Assembly: GCA_012026655.1 (NCBI GenBank)
Contig: JAAILG010001079.1
Coordinates: forward strand, 1-64,000
DNA: 64,000 bases
DNA from: Hydrolagus affinis
Lineage: Eukaryota
Reading direction: 5' to 3'
A program made the position numbers and the translations under genes. Of the stretch, positions 27,264 through 39,548 are shown piece after piece. A model generated the notes under the pieces. It made no database searches. It saw nothing but the letters and a program-made list of their open reading frames with translations, and was not told where the DNA came from. The stretch's first letter is position 1. Each line of letters starts with the position of its first letter.

Positions 27264-28231
27264 TAAACTACATCGCCTACTGTTTGATTATAAGAAAGTA
27301 TTGAATACAGTGTTGGAGACCGATTGTGATCTGGCAATCCCTTCATCCCCCCATAGTTTGAGAAAGATCCTAGTAGCATCATCATTAGCATGGTGGTGTT
27401 TATTTTAGGGAGCAATAATGCAAGGAGCACTAGACAGGAGTGAGGAGGAGAGAAAAATATAACAAATTTGAACAAGATGACCTCTTGTTGGGCCTTGGGA
27501 TGTCCTCCCAATTTGAAAGATGCTATACAAATATAATTTTGTTTGCTGTTGTTGTTGATGATCAGTTTATACAGACAGCACAAAAACAAAAGGACATTCA
27601 TTTAATCCAATTTCTTGCTAGATTTAATGTAGCATGTTGAGTTTGAGGAAATAAACAACGTGGGATAACTGCAAGTATAAGGTGACATTAGTTTGATTTT
27701 AGGAACCTTGTGTATTAGAAAAAGGTGATTACAGTCACTGGGATGTAATCGCCCATAGGACTGGAGAAATGTACTAAAAGCTACTGTGATTAAGGGAGGC
27801 TCCTTTTGAATACTAATAGAATAGGCAAAAATCTAGGAACATATGTAGCTTATTAGTCCCTTGCAAATTCCCCGCATGCAGCTGAGCAACAGCAACACTA
27901 ATAAAACAAAGCTTAAGATCTCTTACGAATTTCCATTTGTACAACCATTTCAATACAATTTACTTCTTGCTGTGATGGGAGAGAGCGAAACATATAATCA
28001 ACAATTTCAAGCGTACAATCATCCAAGCAAAGATGGCTCCTGTTTTGCTTGGAAATATATTTGTGAAGAAAAGCCACAATACAGTCTCTCTCTCTCTATC
28101 CATTTGCAGTCTTATCAGAGTCACGGAACAACATGGTTCAAATTGGCAGCCACACAAGAAAAGGTCAGGGAATGAAACGATGAAGGTTTCCCGTGATTAA
28201 AATTCGAAAGCATTCTATGTATGCGAGAAAT

Positions 28232-28465
28232 GTCACCATGGCAACAACGATATCATGGACACAAAATGTACTCTGTTTTTCAAAAAAAATCATTTTCCTT
28301 CAACTACTATAATTGCCTATTTCTATGGTCCATTGGCTGTTAACCTTGAAGTGACTAAGGTAACGGAAGCAAGACCCACTCTGTCAGAACACTCTCCAGA
28401 CTGACCTCTTGCGGTGCTGGGGAGGATGCTACCATGACAACCACGACAGATGTCAGCTAACCAAT
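28232..28465. promoter_or_regulatory. Cluster of three RFX X-box-like sites with CCAAT boxes
   Basis: GTCACCATGGCAAC (28232-28245), GTGACTAAGGTAAC (28351-28364) and GCTACCATGACAAC (28428-28441). ATTGG at about 28332 and CCAAT at 28461. Confidence 0.45.
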
Positions 28466-30546
28466 ATGTAGTTGAGAAAGGCTCCTGTATTGTGAAAATC
28501 GATCTTGTAATGGTAATATGGAGTGCATTCACCAGACTGCCATGTGTTCTGAGCTCCAACATTTATTTTAGCTAGCAGTAAGAAGAAAGCATAAAAAAGA
28601 AATGAAATGAATTTGACCTTTGTTTCTAAATGCCACTTTGTCATATTGCATCAAACTAGTGCCTGATATGAATAAACGAGGGAAAAATACATTTCTAATA
28701 ACATTTCGATACATAGATTCTCGTCATGTCAACCGTTTGCGAGTAAATTCTGTAAAGTCAGACCAGTAACACTGGATTATTTTGGAATTTGTTGTCGCTA
28801 TTCTGAGGTCATCTTCAAATGCACATTAATTTCAATGTGATCTGCTGCTGTCATTTGTATAGCAGAATATTTAATCATGTATCCCTCACAGGTAAAACTG
28901 ACTGGAGATATTCCTTCAGTTCAAATCAATAACAGCCCTTTTCCAGCTCCATAAAATACTTTGCTAAATCTTTGAAGTGACTACACTTGGGTGACCACTG
29001 AGCACAGAGTAAATGTATCCTGAGTTATATCATATGGGAACACTGGTGAACGACATCAAAGGAAATCATTGCTTAGGCACCTTTGAAGAACAATTGGAAA
29101 ATGTGTCTACCCCTCTTTGTTCCTACATTTTGCGGCCAGCGCCAGTGTGTGAGAAGGCCATAAACAAACACACTAATTGGTAGCTCAGAACAGCTGCAGA
29201 TGTGGGTTTTCCTGTTACACTATGTCACCAGACTTGACAAGAATTATAAGATCTGTATCAGCTTCCAATCAAATACTTCTCATGCCACATGTCTCTTGTT
29301 CAGCTCAGTATTAGTATTTGTGTTCAAACAAATGTGATGGGGAGCCAGGGAGGGAGGGGGGAATTTGCCAACCTGTATGGGCTGGAGGTAATTTGAATGG
29401 AAAAGATTAATTGCTGTACATACAGCATAGTTTAGAATCAAAACAGTCACTCTAAACATATCTTCAGCATTTACATGAACTGAATAGGGAGCATTTCACA
29501 ATTGTATGTTTACAGGAGATAAACACTTCCAGCTCTCCCACCTTTTTAAAACTGACATTGCCTTTAGAGATAAATTCAATCAATGCAGTGCAACCCTTTT
29601 ATAATGAAGCATGATTTACCACATAAAAATGTCATTACAAGAGGAGTTTCGCTATATTATGTGCCATCAAAATGAGTGAAACTGCATCTGGGCTTGAAAC
29701 TCTTCTTGTAAAAGGGGTTCCATTATTACAAGATTGCATTGAAACCTGAGCTTGTACAGCACATATTATGCGTTGGATACTATCTCCCAGATTCCCAGAA
29801 AAATAAATACAAGAAGCATAAGCTCTGCAATAAATATTTCAGAATATGCATAAGAAAATTATGTTTTATTCAATCCCATTTAGGTATTAATATATTCCAT
29901 GTGATGAAAGATTATTAAATTCAGTTTTATTTGCTTTGAGCTGAAACACTTAAGATGCAACATTTGCTACATGTGGAGGTTTAAAATGTTAATTTTTTGT
30001 TATTAATTGTGACTACAAGATTAAGAATTTAATCAAATATTAGTGCAAGCCCATTTTACACTACAGCAGATACAAAATGATTATTAATGCACATTCCAAA
30101 TAAAAATTCAACTATCTGGTGTATAATTGTAATTATGAATTAATAAGCATTCTCCATCTTCTGGTTGCAAGAGTTAGTTTTATCCAGATTAACTTAATCC
30201 AATCAAGGGAGGAAATTAAATTTGGTTTTGGGCAAAATAATCTATGATTTGAGATGAGACACTAGCCACCATCAAATAAAGTGCAGAAAAATAACAAGCA
30301 AATAATTGAACACAAATAAATCATAGTATCTGATAATTTGCAGTTAGCTTTAGGCAATACAAGAATTACAGATAAAGAAAGAGTTACGAGGTTATGAACC
30401 GGTCTAGTGAGGGGATTGAACTGGAAATTGGATAATAATTTTAACCTCCTCGGAATACAAGATTTGGTAGTATAAAATGGTTTTGTTTCAAACTGATAGT
30501 TTGAAATGCTCTCTGTATTTGGTAGCCAATTCATAACCATTCAATG

Positions 30547-30848
30547 ATAATAATAATCCTTGCATTTGATATAGCACTTTTCACATCTTCTAGATGTCTC
30601 AAAGAACTTCACAGAAATATAATGTAAAGTGAATTAACTGTACATTTGTGGGTGAAACATGGCAGCCAATTGCATACAGCAGTGTCTGACAAACCGTCGT
30701 AGATTGAAATGACCAATTTATTAAAAAAATTCTTGACGGATTATTATTAATCCGTGTCGAGTAAGGAAACTTGCCCAAGATTTTGCCCTGCCTGGAATCG
30801 AACCCAGGCTTGTAAGACGAGTGCTCTAATCACTGAGCTACAGGACAC
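30547..30848 (-). mobile_element. Full-length tRNA(Val)-headed SINE (short variant)
   Basis: Minus strand: TAGCTCAGTGATTAGAGCAC (A box), TTACAA anticodon loop, GGTTCGATTCC (B box), body, L2-like tail and (ATT)n. Confidence 0.9.
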
Positions 30849-31129
30849 CCCATGAGATCGATGCAACAGGAGTCATTCTGGGAGATCAAAATTTACAGGC
30901 ACATTAGTTTCTTTAAAAATAGATATATTGGCTTCAATGTTTCTCAATTTCTAGTCTTCAAGCATTTCTAAAAAAGAAAATGTCTTCACTCACAAGTGAT
31001 GAAAACTGCAATGTTTCATAACTGATTTATGTGAATCTGATAATTATTGTGCATTTGTCATTCAACATTGAATTGCACAGCCTATAATCTCATTCATCAG
31101 AAGAGCCTGTGAAGGATACAAGACTGAGG

Positions 31130-31262
31130 GGGATAGATTTTTTTTAGGTCAGGGTATAAAGAAATATGGGGCAAGGACAGGTAATTGGAGTTGAGGTATA
31201 GATCAGCCATGATCTTATAAACGATGGAACAGGCTTGAGGGGCTGATTGCTTCTATGTTTCC
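31130..31262 (+). mobile_element. CR1 LINE 3' end
   Basis: ..GGAGTTGAGG..GATCAGCCATGATCTTA..ATGGAACAGGCTTGAGGGGC..CTTCTATGTT, typical of a CR1 3' UTR. Confidence 0.7.
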
Positions 31263-31489
31263 AATTCTGTTCCCAGGCGATATTGTAAAACGTTATGGCT
31301 TTAAAATTATGAGAAATCATTTCTTTGATGTGCTTTGACAAATAATATTCTTATGACAGTGAGAGAGGTTTAGAGGGGATCATAAAAATTATCATGTGAT
31401 CCCATTGCACTACCCTAAAGAATTATTGCATGACTGAACTTTCTAGCATCTGTCTGATGCAATATAAACAATACAATTACCTACCGATC

Positions 31490-31835
31490 AAAATATTATA
31501 TGACATTAAATTTAAATATTATATAACATTAAAGGGAGTAATGGGTTAAAGGGTATTACAAACTATTGGGTAAGAAACATATAAGTGTTACACTAACATG
31601 ATGGGACTCAAACAAGGTATTCCAGCATGCAAGTTCGATGTGGATGAAGCATCTAGTATAATTGTATTTAAGCGCAAGTTAGGTAGGTATACACTTTATT
31701 TTAGTCAGCCGGGTGTCATATGAGTGAGAAGTGAATAGAAGAGTATGGGAAGGAACCAAAATAGTGGATGGAGACTTATGCAGAGTATAAACACTGTCCA
31801 AAAGGCCTGTTTCCATGCTGTACAGTTCATGTAAA
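31490..31835 (+). mobile_element. Old CR1 relic
   Basis: FKRKL.RY-like ORF2 end and GGCCTGTTTCCATGCTGTA 3' motif. Confidence 0.5.
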
Positions 31836-32319
31836 TCTAGTGATTCTGGATTTTAGCACACCTTTAAAATGGTTCCTAGTGGAAATATTGACGAATACAT
31901 TGGAGGTGTTTACCAGATTCTGATTCTGGTAAACAATATCTTTGTATTAGAAACATGCAGACATAACACATCTATCATGATAATGGCTTCTGGCTTCCCC
32001 TACCAAATAGTCCCTAAAACGTTACTGCAATGTCCAATGGATGGCTCATGCCCTTAAAGGGATTATTTTGTAATGGTAGTACATCCATTTTCAGACTGCT
32101 GAGCAGGCACTAAGTTGTGTAGATGCAAAATTCTGCTATTGATCGCTGGTTTTGTAATGGATTCTAGTCAAAGTGATAAGGAGCATGAAGTATAAATCAG
32201 GTTTCCTCCTTCACTTCGCTCCGCTGCTGAAAAACAATATCATTTAATTTCCAGCAGTGTAAACAAAATATTAAATTCCTTAATGCCCTTAACAGTCTAA
32301 CTTTTGAAATTAATGACCC

Positions 32320-33160
32320 GTGTATTTGCATTTGATTTAGTGCCTTTCATGTCAGGACGTCTCAAAGTGCTTCACAGATTTTAATGTAAAGTTTAGTACA
32401 GTATTTACTTTGTAGACCAACACAACAGCCAATTTATATACAGCAAAGTCCCACAAACAGCCATGAAGTGAATGACCTATTCACACGAATGATTCAGGTG
32501 AAGAAGACCTTTCTGCTCATTTGATCTCATACTTCCAGAATATTCATTCTACCATCTTCCAGTCACAGCATCAAGCTGTTTTTTTCAACTTAATCGTGCA
32601 TCCTGGCCTCAACCACTCTTCCTGGTAACCTATGCCAGTTGTTAATTATCCTTTAAGTAAAGAAAAACTTCCTGATGTCTGTTATGAAATTGCCCTTTGC
32701 AAATCTAAACCTATGACCTCTTATTCTACTGTCTTGATGCATCTAATAGTATTGTTCTGGGTTTACTTTTTCAATTCCATTTAAAATGTTAGGTGCTGTA
32801 TGTCTTTAAGGTCCTCTCTAAGACAATACAACAACACCAGATTTACATATACATATATAACACTTTTCACATTGTGGGGAGGTTCAATCCTGTGTACAGT
32901 CCATAGTTTGCACCTGAGCTGGGGATGGGAGCAGACGGGGATAAGAAAGATGGCTAAAGGTGCAGTCAAAGAGCAAGGTTTTGAGAAAGACCTTGAAGAA
33001 GGTGAGGGACGGAGCCATTCATAGGTCTCCAGACTGGAGTTTCAGTGAGTTGGGGCAGTGGTGGAGCAGGTAGGACAGGGGACATAAAGCAGACTAGAGT
33101 CCACCAAGGAGAGGGAATAGATGAGTTGTAAGATTTGAGAAGGTTGCAGAGGTAAGATAT
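32320..33160 (-). mobile_element. Cluster of relics: SINE tail (32320-32480), CR1 (32535-32810), L2 (32825-33160)
   Basis: Reverse-complement tail motifs of each family, matching copies elsewhere in the window. Confidence 0.55.
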
Positions 33161-33404
33161 CTCCCTTACTTGCCCAATAACCAAATACTGTAGCAAGTAT
33201 TTTTTTTGACAGCATGTTCCTTTTTAAATGAACAACAATGTTATCTTGTACATGTGCTGCAGTTAGTTAGCTCGCTTGCTGCCTTCTGAGCATTCCCACT
33301 TTGTTCCGATTGTGCCTTTGAGAGTTAATTGGTTGAAGTATTGGACATGATTTCAAAGTAAATTTATACCACCCCTACCCCATGGCCCACAGCACTATTA
33401 GGAC

Positions 33405-33575
33405 ATTGCTATGGGTGGCCAGAAAACCAGAAGAAACTTTTTCTCTTTTCAAATAATGCCAAGGGATCTTTGCTGTTCACCTGAAGAGGCAGATGGGATC
33501 TCCGTGTAACCTCTCATCCATATTGTTTACACCTCCAAGAATACACCGAGGACTGCATTGGAGTCTGGACTGTAT
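33405..33575 (-). mobile_element. Deu-domain SINE relic
   Basis: GGCCAG..TGCCAAGGGATCTTT..CACCTGA..GGCAGATGGG..CTCATCC. Confidence 0.6.
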
Positions 33576-33981
33576 GAATTTATAATGGATTTCGGTCATA
33601 CTTGAGCCATGAAATTAGTGGCAAATTAGCTAACTTAATTTTTTCGGGTACATTTGACTATTATTAATCTCCTAATTGCTCATCCCTTATTCACAAAGTT
33701 CAGTTTCATCATTTTATTAGATATTCCCTCTTCCATGCTGTTTATGAATAGTGGAAACAGCAGGAGATCCAAAACAGATGCAATGAAGCTTCCCTCAGTA
33801 CAGTACCCTCAAACCGAAATGATTCTGGTTATCATTCTGCATTCTATTGCCAATCCAGTTTTCAATTCAACTTGTGCAAGTGGCATCAAGTCTTAAATTT
33901 TGAAGATGGAAGTGGCAGAATGAGTCTACAGTGATTTGTTTTTAAATCACTGCATTATCCAGTCTGCATTCTCCCTATAAT

Positions 33982-34413
33982 GGTGCCATAGCATAGTGGG
34001 TAGAGCACTCGCCTCAGAAGTGAGAGGAACTGGGAACAATTCCCGGGCAGAGTAAAACATTAGGCAAGTTTCCTTACCCTACATAGCAGCAAGTGGTAAC
34101 CCAACATACACATTAGTGTTCCAAGACTCTACCCTGGGTGAAGGGTGCTATAGAACACTTGTTGTTTTTGTTATTGTAACCTGGTTGTTAGTTGATTGAT
34201 GGATCATATTTTCAGGGGTAAAAATCCCTTCAATAAATAAATAATAAGTATAATAATAATAATTTGGTCACTCAATCCACTACCATTTGTGGGACATTGC
34301 TGTGCACAATTGGCTGCTGCATTTTGCTCACAAAAATATATAATCAATTCATTTTGTAGTTTATTCTGTGAATGACGTGATAAGGTACTAATTTAAGAAT
34401 TATTATGATTATT
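33982..34413 (+). mobile_element. tRNA-headed SINE (long variant) with a short L2 tail insert (34102-34175)
   Basis: Head TAGAGCACTCGCC and GGCAAGTTTCCTTAC. The insert is flanked by GTAACC (34096-34101 and 34176-34181). Confidence 0.8.
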
Positions 34414-35294
34414 ATTTTCTAAATGCTCTGATACTGAGAATTCCTAAAACTGTTTGAAATGACAGCAATCTTTATCCACTTTCACCATTCTATGACTTTC
34501 TATCCTTGTCAAAACCAGTATGATGGCTAAGACTGCAACGGGGACTCAGATCCCCTCCATTGTTCAGATTGTAATCCTCTCAGTTGCCAACCGAGCCCAG
34601 TTTGTGAGAGTGCACATCTGTCCAAGGCGAAACCCAGGATTCTGAACACTGACACCCTCCCATTTTTTTTGATGGGCACTTCCCCAAAGTGCTGAAGCAC
34701 CTGACATTGCTTTGATAACCTCAGCTGCTCTGATAATAGTCAGTCGAATCCCCAGATGATATCATATTCAGTTGGGCTGACGTGAGACAATGACGGGGTC
34801 ACAGTCTGTATGATAAGAAATCCCCTCTGAAGGAGATGGGACAATATTCAATTTCAAGATAGCTCCTGTACGGAGGTCATACTAATTAATAGCATAGCTG
34901 CATGCAAAAGGAAATGGGCTGTAAATTTAGCACCGTTTCCCAGCTAATTCTTTTCACCATTGCCTAGAATTAATTTCTGTTTGCAGCAAAATGTCCGAAA
35001 ACAAATCTAGGTTGAGTCAATGAACAAGTCAATGAAAAGGCCATGCTTTGCACAATTTAATGTCTCAGTACTGCAGTATGTTTCATTTTTTATTTAATTT
35101 ACACAAAATCAGCTCCATAGTCATTCAGGTGGGAACTTCAGAATATTTTTCCATCCCTGCATCTCGACTATTAAAGTTCGGTTTCATTCCTGGCCTCAGG
35201 TGCATTGAAATCGTTCAGCAGTCTATATCTATCCCAGGGCCCTCAAATGCTCTGATCGCGCAAGTTGTTATACAGATTTTTTTTAGAGGGAATT

Positions 35295-35586
35295 AAGCCA
35301 TTCTTCAGATGAGATGGTGAACTGAGATTCTATTTATCTATTCAGTTGGACATTAAAGATTGAACAGTATATTATTATTCTAAGAGGGAAGGAAATTTCT
35401 CCTGGTGTCCTGGCCAACAATCCCCCAAATAAAATTGGTCACTCACTTAATGGATGTTTGTAGGACGTTGGTGTGTACTTTGAGCCTACATTCACTGACA
35501 AACCATTCTATACTAAATCCTGTGAAGCGCTGTGAGACATCATCTTGATGTGAAAGGCACTATATCAAATATAAGGATTATTATTG
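35295..35586 (+). mobile_element. Deu-domain SINE relic
   Basis: TTCAGATGAGATG..GGACATTAAAGAT..TTCTCCTGGTGTCCTGGCCAACA..CTGTGAAGCGC..GATTATTATT. Confidence 0.7.
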
Positions 35587-36819
35587 ATTTATTATCTGCC
35601 AATAAAAAAGAGAGAAAAGAAAGAGCAAACTAAAGTACAGATAGGCTTCATAACTTGGGTCTTTATAGTCCTGGCATAATCATTTCTGTAACACAGTGGA
35701 AGACCATTCTACAGTAGTACCTTTCAATACACAATTGTGTTGCTGACAGCACAGATATTCTCTGTGGGTACAACCCAAAAGAAGCCCGTTGTTTGTACCT
35801 TGCCTATTAGGCGGTTGGTGAGATATTGAACTATATAACAATGTTTCTCTGTGTAGATTTCAAGTCCAAAGGATTATTTTTACACATTGGTAGAGGCCTC
35901 ACATTTCTCATAGTCTTAGAGAACATTTTGTACAATATTAAATTTGGTGAAAATGGTGTCTAAGGTTAAATGTAAAAAAATTTACTTCTCAATATTCCAA
36001 CATATTTTATTGCAACAAATTTGTATTGATTGTCATTTTCTCCCAAAATTATCAAATGTGAGATTTGAATGATTCCATTGATTCTAATTTCTCAACTTCC
36101 AGATGGTCTCAAACTGTAAGAAATACTGATCAGATTTACTGTTCTGTCATAACTATATCATACAACTGATGTAATCTTAGAAATTATTATGTTTTTCATA
36201 TACCTCCCTATGCAATGTATATTTGTTGTAAATCAGTGTTAGTGATGTGCCTGCCAATACACACACCTTTGTAGAATATTCATGTCTTGTTTGTTAAAAT
36301 TTGCAGAGTTCAAGTGTTTCTCCCACTTAAACTTCAATTCCCTGATGATCCTCCAAGTACTGTACTACAGTACTATTTACGCAGAGCATTTGATTTAAAG
36401 AAGGCTCCAGCATTATGGAATTGAGGGGTTATACAGTGATAAAAACAGTAAAACAGTAAAACAAGGTTATCATCCAAGTACCACAGTTTGTTAACTATTA
36501 GCTTTAAAACTGGGGATGTCGTTTTTTACAGGTCATGAGTCAATTTTAGCTAAAACCCTTAAACTGCATCATTACCTGTTTCCTCCACAATAACAATAAA
36601 TGGCCTGCAAATTGTCTTTTATCTATTTCTACAGACAAAAACGTGATTCCATGAACAGTACGCCATTAATATGTGGTTATAATCCTTATTTTCTGTTCCT
36701 AAATGGAGGTTCTGTAATGCTGTAATAGGGGTGCTAAATAAATGCAAGTTGCTGTGGTTCCACCAACTGCCAAAAGGTGGGAAAGTCTGAGTTATCAGGA
36801 GGTGTCTTTTTACAGGTAT

Positions 36820-37484
36820 TGTTGTGGCAAAAATTGTTGTGAAATTTTCAGTAAAATTGTGAAACCCTTAATTTGCTGAAATTAAGTCAGGGATTTCTTG
36901 AAACAGTGATCCCAGCAACGAACAAGAGTGGAGGGGGTTACTAGGAACACCCTTGGTGTTATTATTAGTAGAGATATAGCCACTTTCAGTGCAGGATAGC
37001 AGTGAAGGCCGGCATCCTGAGGGGTCACTATTCATGAAACCAATTTGACCTCTGCTCACAACGATTGTTAACGGAGGTTCTGCATCAACCAGGAGAAGTC
37101 AGTGTCACTCTGTGAAGCTGTCATGGCATAGTCGGTTTGTGGTGCACAAGGCCTTACGAAGTGTAATTGTGGTCAGAAGAAATGTCAGACCCACCGTAGT
37201 AAATGCTTCAAAGCAAAACTAAAATGTAACTCCCGGTGTCATAGAAACCTCAATTGTGTTAACAAATGAACATTTGACTCATCAGTGAATGAAATGTCAT
37301 GTGAAGTTTATAGTGAATAAATATTAATTTTCATAATGTGTTATTTATTTGTTGATAACGCTAACTCATGTCAAGCGCAGTTTATTAATATGATGAAATC
37401 CCTGACTAAAATTTCAGTGATTTCATGGTTTCACAATTTTATTGAAAATTTCAGGGATTTTGCAAAATTCCTGGTTTTATAACA
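36820..37484 (+). mobile_element. Internally deleted Ginger2-like DNA transposon
   Basis: TGT...ACA termini. Inverted repeats of about 58 bp (36840-36897 vs 37395-37453). Flanks GTAT/TTAT form an imperfect 4-bp TSD. Encloses a transposase C-terminus. Confidence 0.75.
36943..37269 (+). pseudogene. C-terminal fragment of a KRBA2/SCAND3-like (Ginger2-type) integrase/transposase
   Basis: Manual translation with 2 frameshifts: RNTLGVIISRD / RIAVKAGILRGHYS*NQFDLCSQRLLTE / INQEKSVSLCEAVMA*SVCGAQGLTKCNCGQKKCQTHRSKCFKAKLKCNSRCHRNLNCVNK*. This matches the recalled S..GGQG..KCNC..C...C.C.K....CNSRCH....C.NK tail. Confidence 0.8.
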
Positions 37485-37674
37485 TTATTGTAACATACAC
37501 ACTGAATGATAGTTATTCTTTCTATCTGTACCTATCACTATGTATTATGTTCAATTGCTACACACCGCATTTGTTGTTATGTATAAATTTTTACATTTAA
37601 ATTTTAGGTCCTAATGTTCACCTAATGTTAGCATGTAAGACCATTTTGCTAAGAATTTAAGATCATGCAGAATT

Positions 37675-37771
37675 GGGGAAAATTCTTCCACTCAGTCATA
37701 ATTTGGCAACTTTTTTCAGTTTTTAAAAGGAATTGGCTTCCAAATTGAGATTGAACTGAAGCATTTTCCAC
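37675..37771. mobile_element. Small palindromic MITE-like element
   Basis: GGGGAAAATTCTTCCACTCAGTCATAATTTGG vs reverse complement of the right end GTGGAAAATGCTTCAGTTCAATCTCAATTTGG. Confidence 0.4.
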
Positions 37772-37886
37772 AATTTGGCACAATCTTCAATATTATGATA
37801 AAATATTTTTATAGGCTAATGTGAGGTAGAATGCTGGATTGATAATGCTTTAAAACCTTTTTTTAAATGGCTCTTTGCTCATAATT

Positions 37887-38295
37887 GAGGGTGGAGGGAA
37901 AGTGGGGGAGTTGGGGTGACCGATGGGACCATTGAAGAGGAGGGTCTTGAGGCGGGACTTGAAGGAGGTTAGCGAGGGGGTGAGGCAGAGGGACTGCAGT
38001 ATGGAGTTCCACAGGTTAGGGGCAGAGTGGCTGAAGGCTTGCCTGCCAATGGTGGGGCATGTGGGTCAGGAGACATGGAGCAGGCTAGAGCCTGCTGTGA
38101 AGAGGGAGCGGGCAGGTTGGTAGGGGGTTAGGAGGTCGCAGAGGTAAGCAAGGCCATGGAGGGCTTTGAATGTGAGGACTAGGATCTTGAATTGAATCTT
38201 CTGGGTGATGGGGAGCCAATGAAGTTGGGCGAGAATGGGGGAGATTGGGTAACGAAGCTTAAAGTGGTAGAGGACCGCAGGGTTCTGGTTTAGAA
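37887..38295 (-). mobile_element. L2 LINE ORF2 C-terminal fragment
   Basis: ORF 38066..38338 contains PISPILAQLHWLPITQKIQFKILVLTFKALHGL, the L2 hallmark. Confidence 0.9.
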
Positions 38296-38569
38296 TGATG
38301 ACACTAAAACCTTTTACTGTAAATGCTCTTGTAAACACACTACAGTACTAGGATCTCTGGGATGAGTTCAGGTGAGGAGATTTCAGGGTCCAGGTCTGCC
38401 AAATGATCCTCCAAGTACTGTACTACAGTACTATTTACTGTACTCAATACAATAGTACACAATAGTAATAATAGTAATAATACAATAGTAATAATAGTCT
38501 ATTTTTGCATCACGTGAATTTCAATTGTCAGGTGACATAGGCAACGTCAGTCTGCTGTCCCTAAAAGGA

Positions 38570-38860
38570 GAAATGATCAGTAGCTAAAAAGATATGTGGT
38601 TTGAAGAGAGACAACTCAGAGGGGACCATATAATGAAGTACAAAATACTGGGCTGGAAAAAGTGTCGAACAATACTGGCAGACACATCAAAGCAATAGAA
38701 CTGAAGAGGTTCAGGATTAGGAAGGGCAATTACATGACAGTTACCACAGTATTTCTTTACACATAGTGGGTCATCAACATCTGAGATGGATTACAGGAAA
38801 AACTAGTTGAGCCTAGCACATTAAACTCATTCAAGAAGTAGGTTAGTGCTGGAATGGGAG
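38570..38860 (+). mobile_element. CR1 ORF2 C-terminal relic
   Basis: QLRGDH..EV.KI / FFT..V.NI..GL.EK.VE..TLNSFKK-like motifs. Confidence 0.6.
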
Positions 38861-38871
38861 TATGTAAATGG

Positions 38872-39548
38872 TAATAATAAATAATAATAGCATTTGATGT
38901 CATGTTTTTCACATTTTCTAGACAACAACAACAAAATTGCATTTATAGAGCGCCTTTCACATCGGGAAGACGTCTCAAAGCGCTTCACAGTATATACTGT
39001 AAAGTAAGCTGACTGTATATTTGCTGGCAAAATTGTAGACAATTGCAGACAGTGTCCCACAAACAGTCGTGGATTTAAGTGACCAATTTAATAAAAAAAA
39101 TTCTTGAGGGATTACTATTAGGCGTTTGGAGTAAGGAAACTTGCCCAAAGTTTCGCCCTGCCAAGAATTGAACCTAGGTCTCTTGCTTGCGAATGCAAAA
39201 TCCTTGTCCTCACCTTCAAGACCATTCACGGCCTTGCCCCCGCCTATCTCTCCGACCTGCTGTCTCCCTATCAGCCTGCCCTTTCCCTCCGCTCAGCCAA
39301 CTCTGGCCTGCTCCACGTCCACCGCCCTAACCACCCCACCATCGGTGGCCGAGCTTTCAGCCTCTGCTCCCACACTGTGGAACTCCATCCCGCAATCCCT
39401 TCGCCTCACTTCCTCTCTTTCCTCCTTCAAGGCCGGTCTCAAGACCTTCCTCTTCGACCGTGCCTTCTGCTCCCCTCCTAACTCTTCCCCCTCTCCTACT
39501 CTCCTTGTTGTTGTTGTGAGGCGAGTGTTCCAACCAGTGAGCTGCAGG
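38872..39548 (-). mobile_element. tRNA-headed SINE (short variant) carrying a second L2-type tail and split by an L2 insertion
   Basis: Body at 38872-39190. The head resumes at 39518-39548 (GAGGCGAGTGTTCCAACCAGTGAGCTGCAGG). An extra (AAC)n L2 tail sits at about 38922-38975. Confidence 0.85.
39196..39517 (+). mobile_element. L2 LINE 3' fragment
   Basis: KILVLTFKTIHGLAP..YLSDLL..APTLWNSIPQSLRLTSSLSSFKAGLKTFLFDRAF, ending in (TTG)n. Confidence 0.9.

Noticed and set aside
30790-30848. tRNA-Val gene (also about 18150-18216 and 50130-50197)
   Set aside because: These are SINE heads fused to SINE bodies, with degenerate acceptor stems and no Pol III terminator after the tRNA part.
15189-38438. The two 36-bp direct repeats as CRISPR repeats
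   Set aside because: Each occurs only twice, 1.6-2.1 kb apart, and the two are unrelated in sequence. No cas genes.
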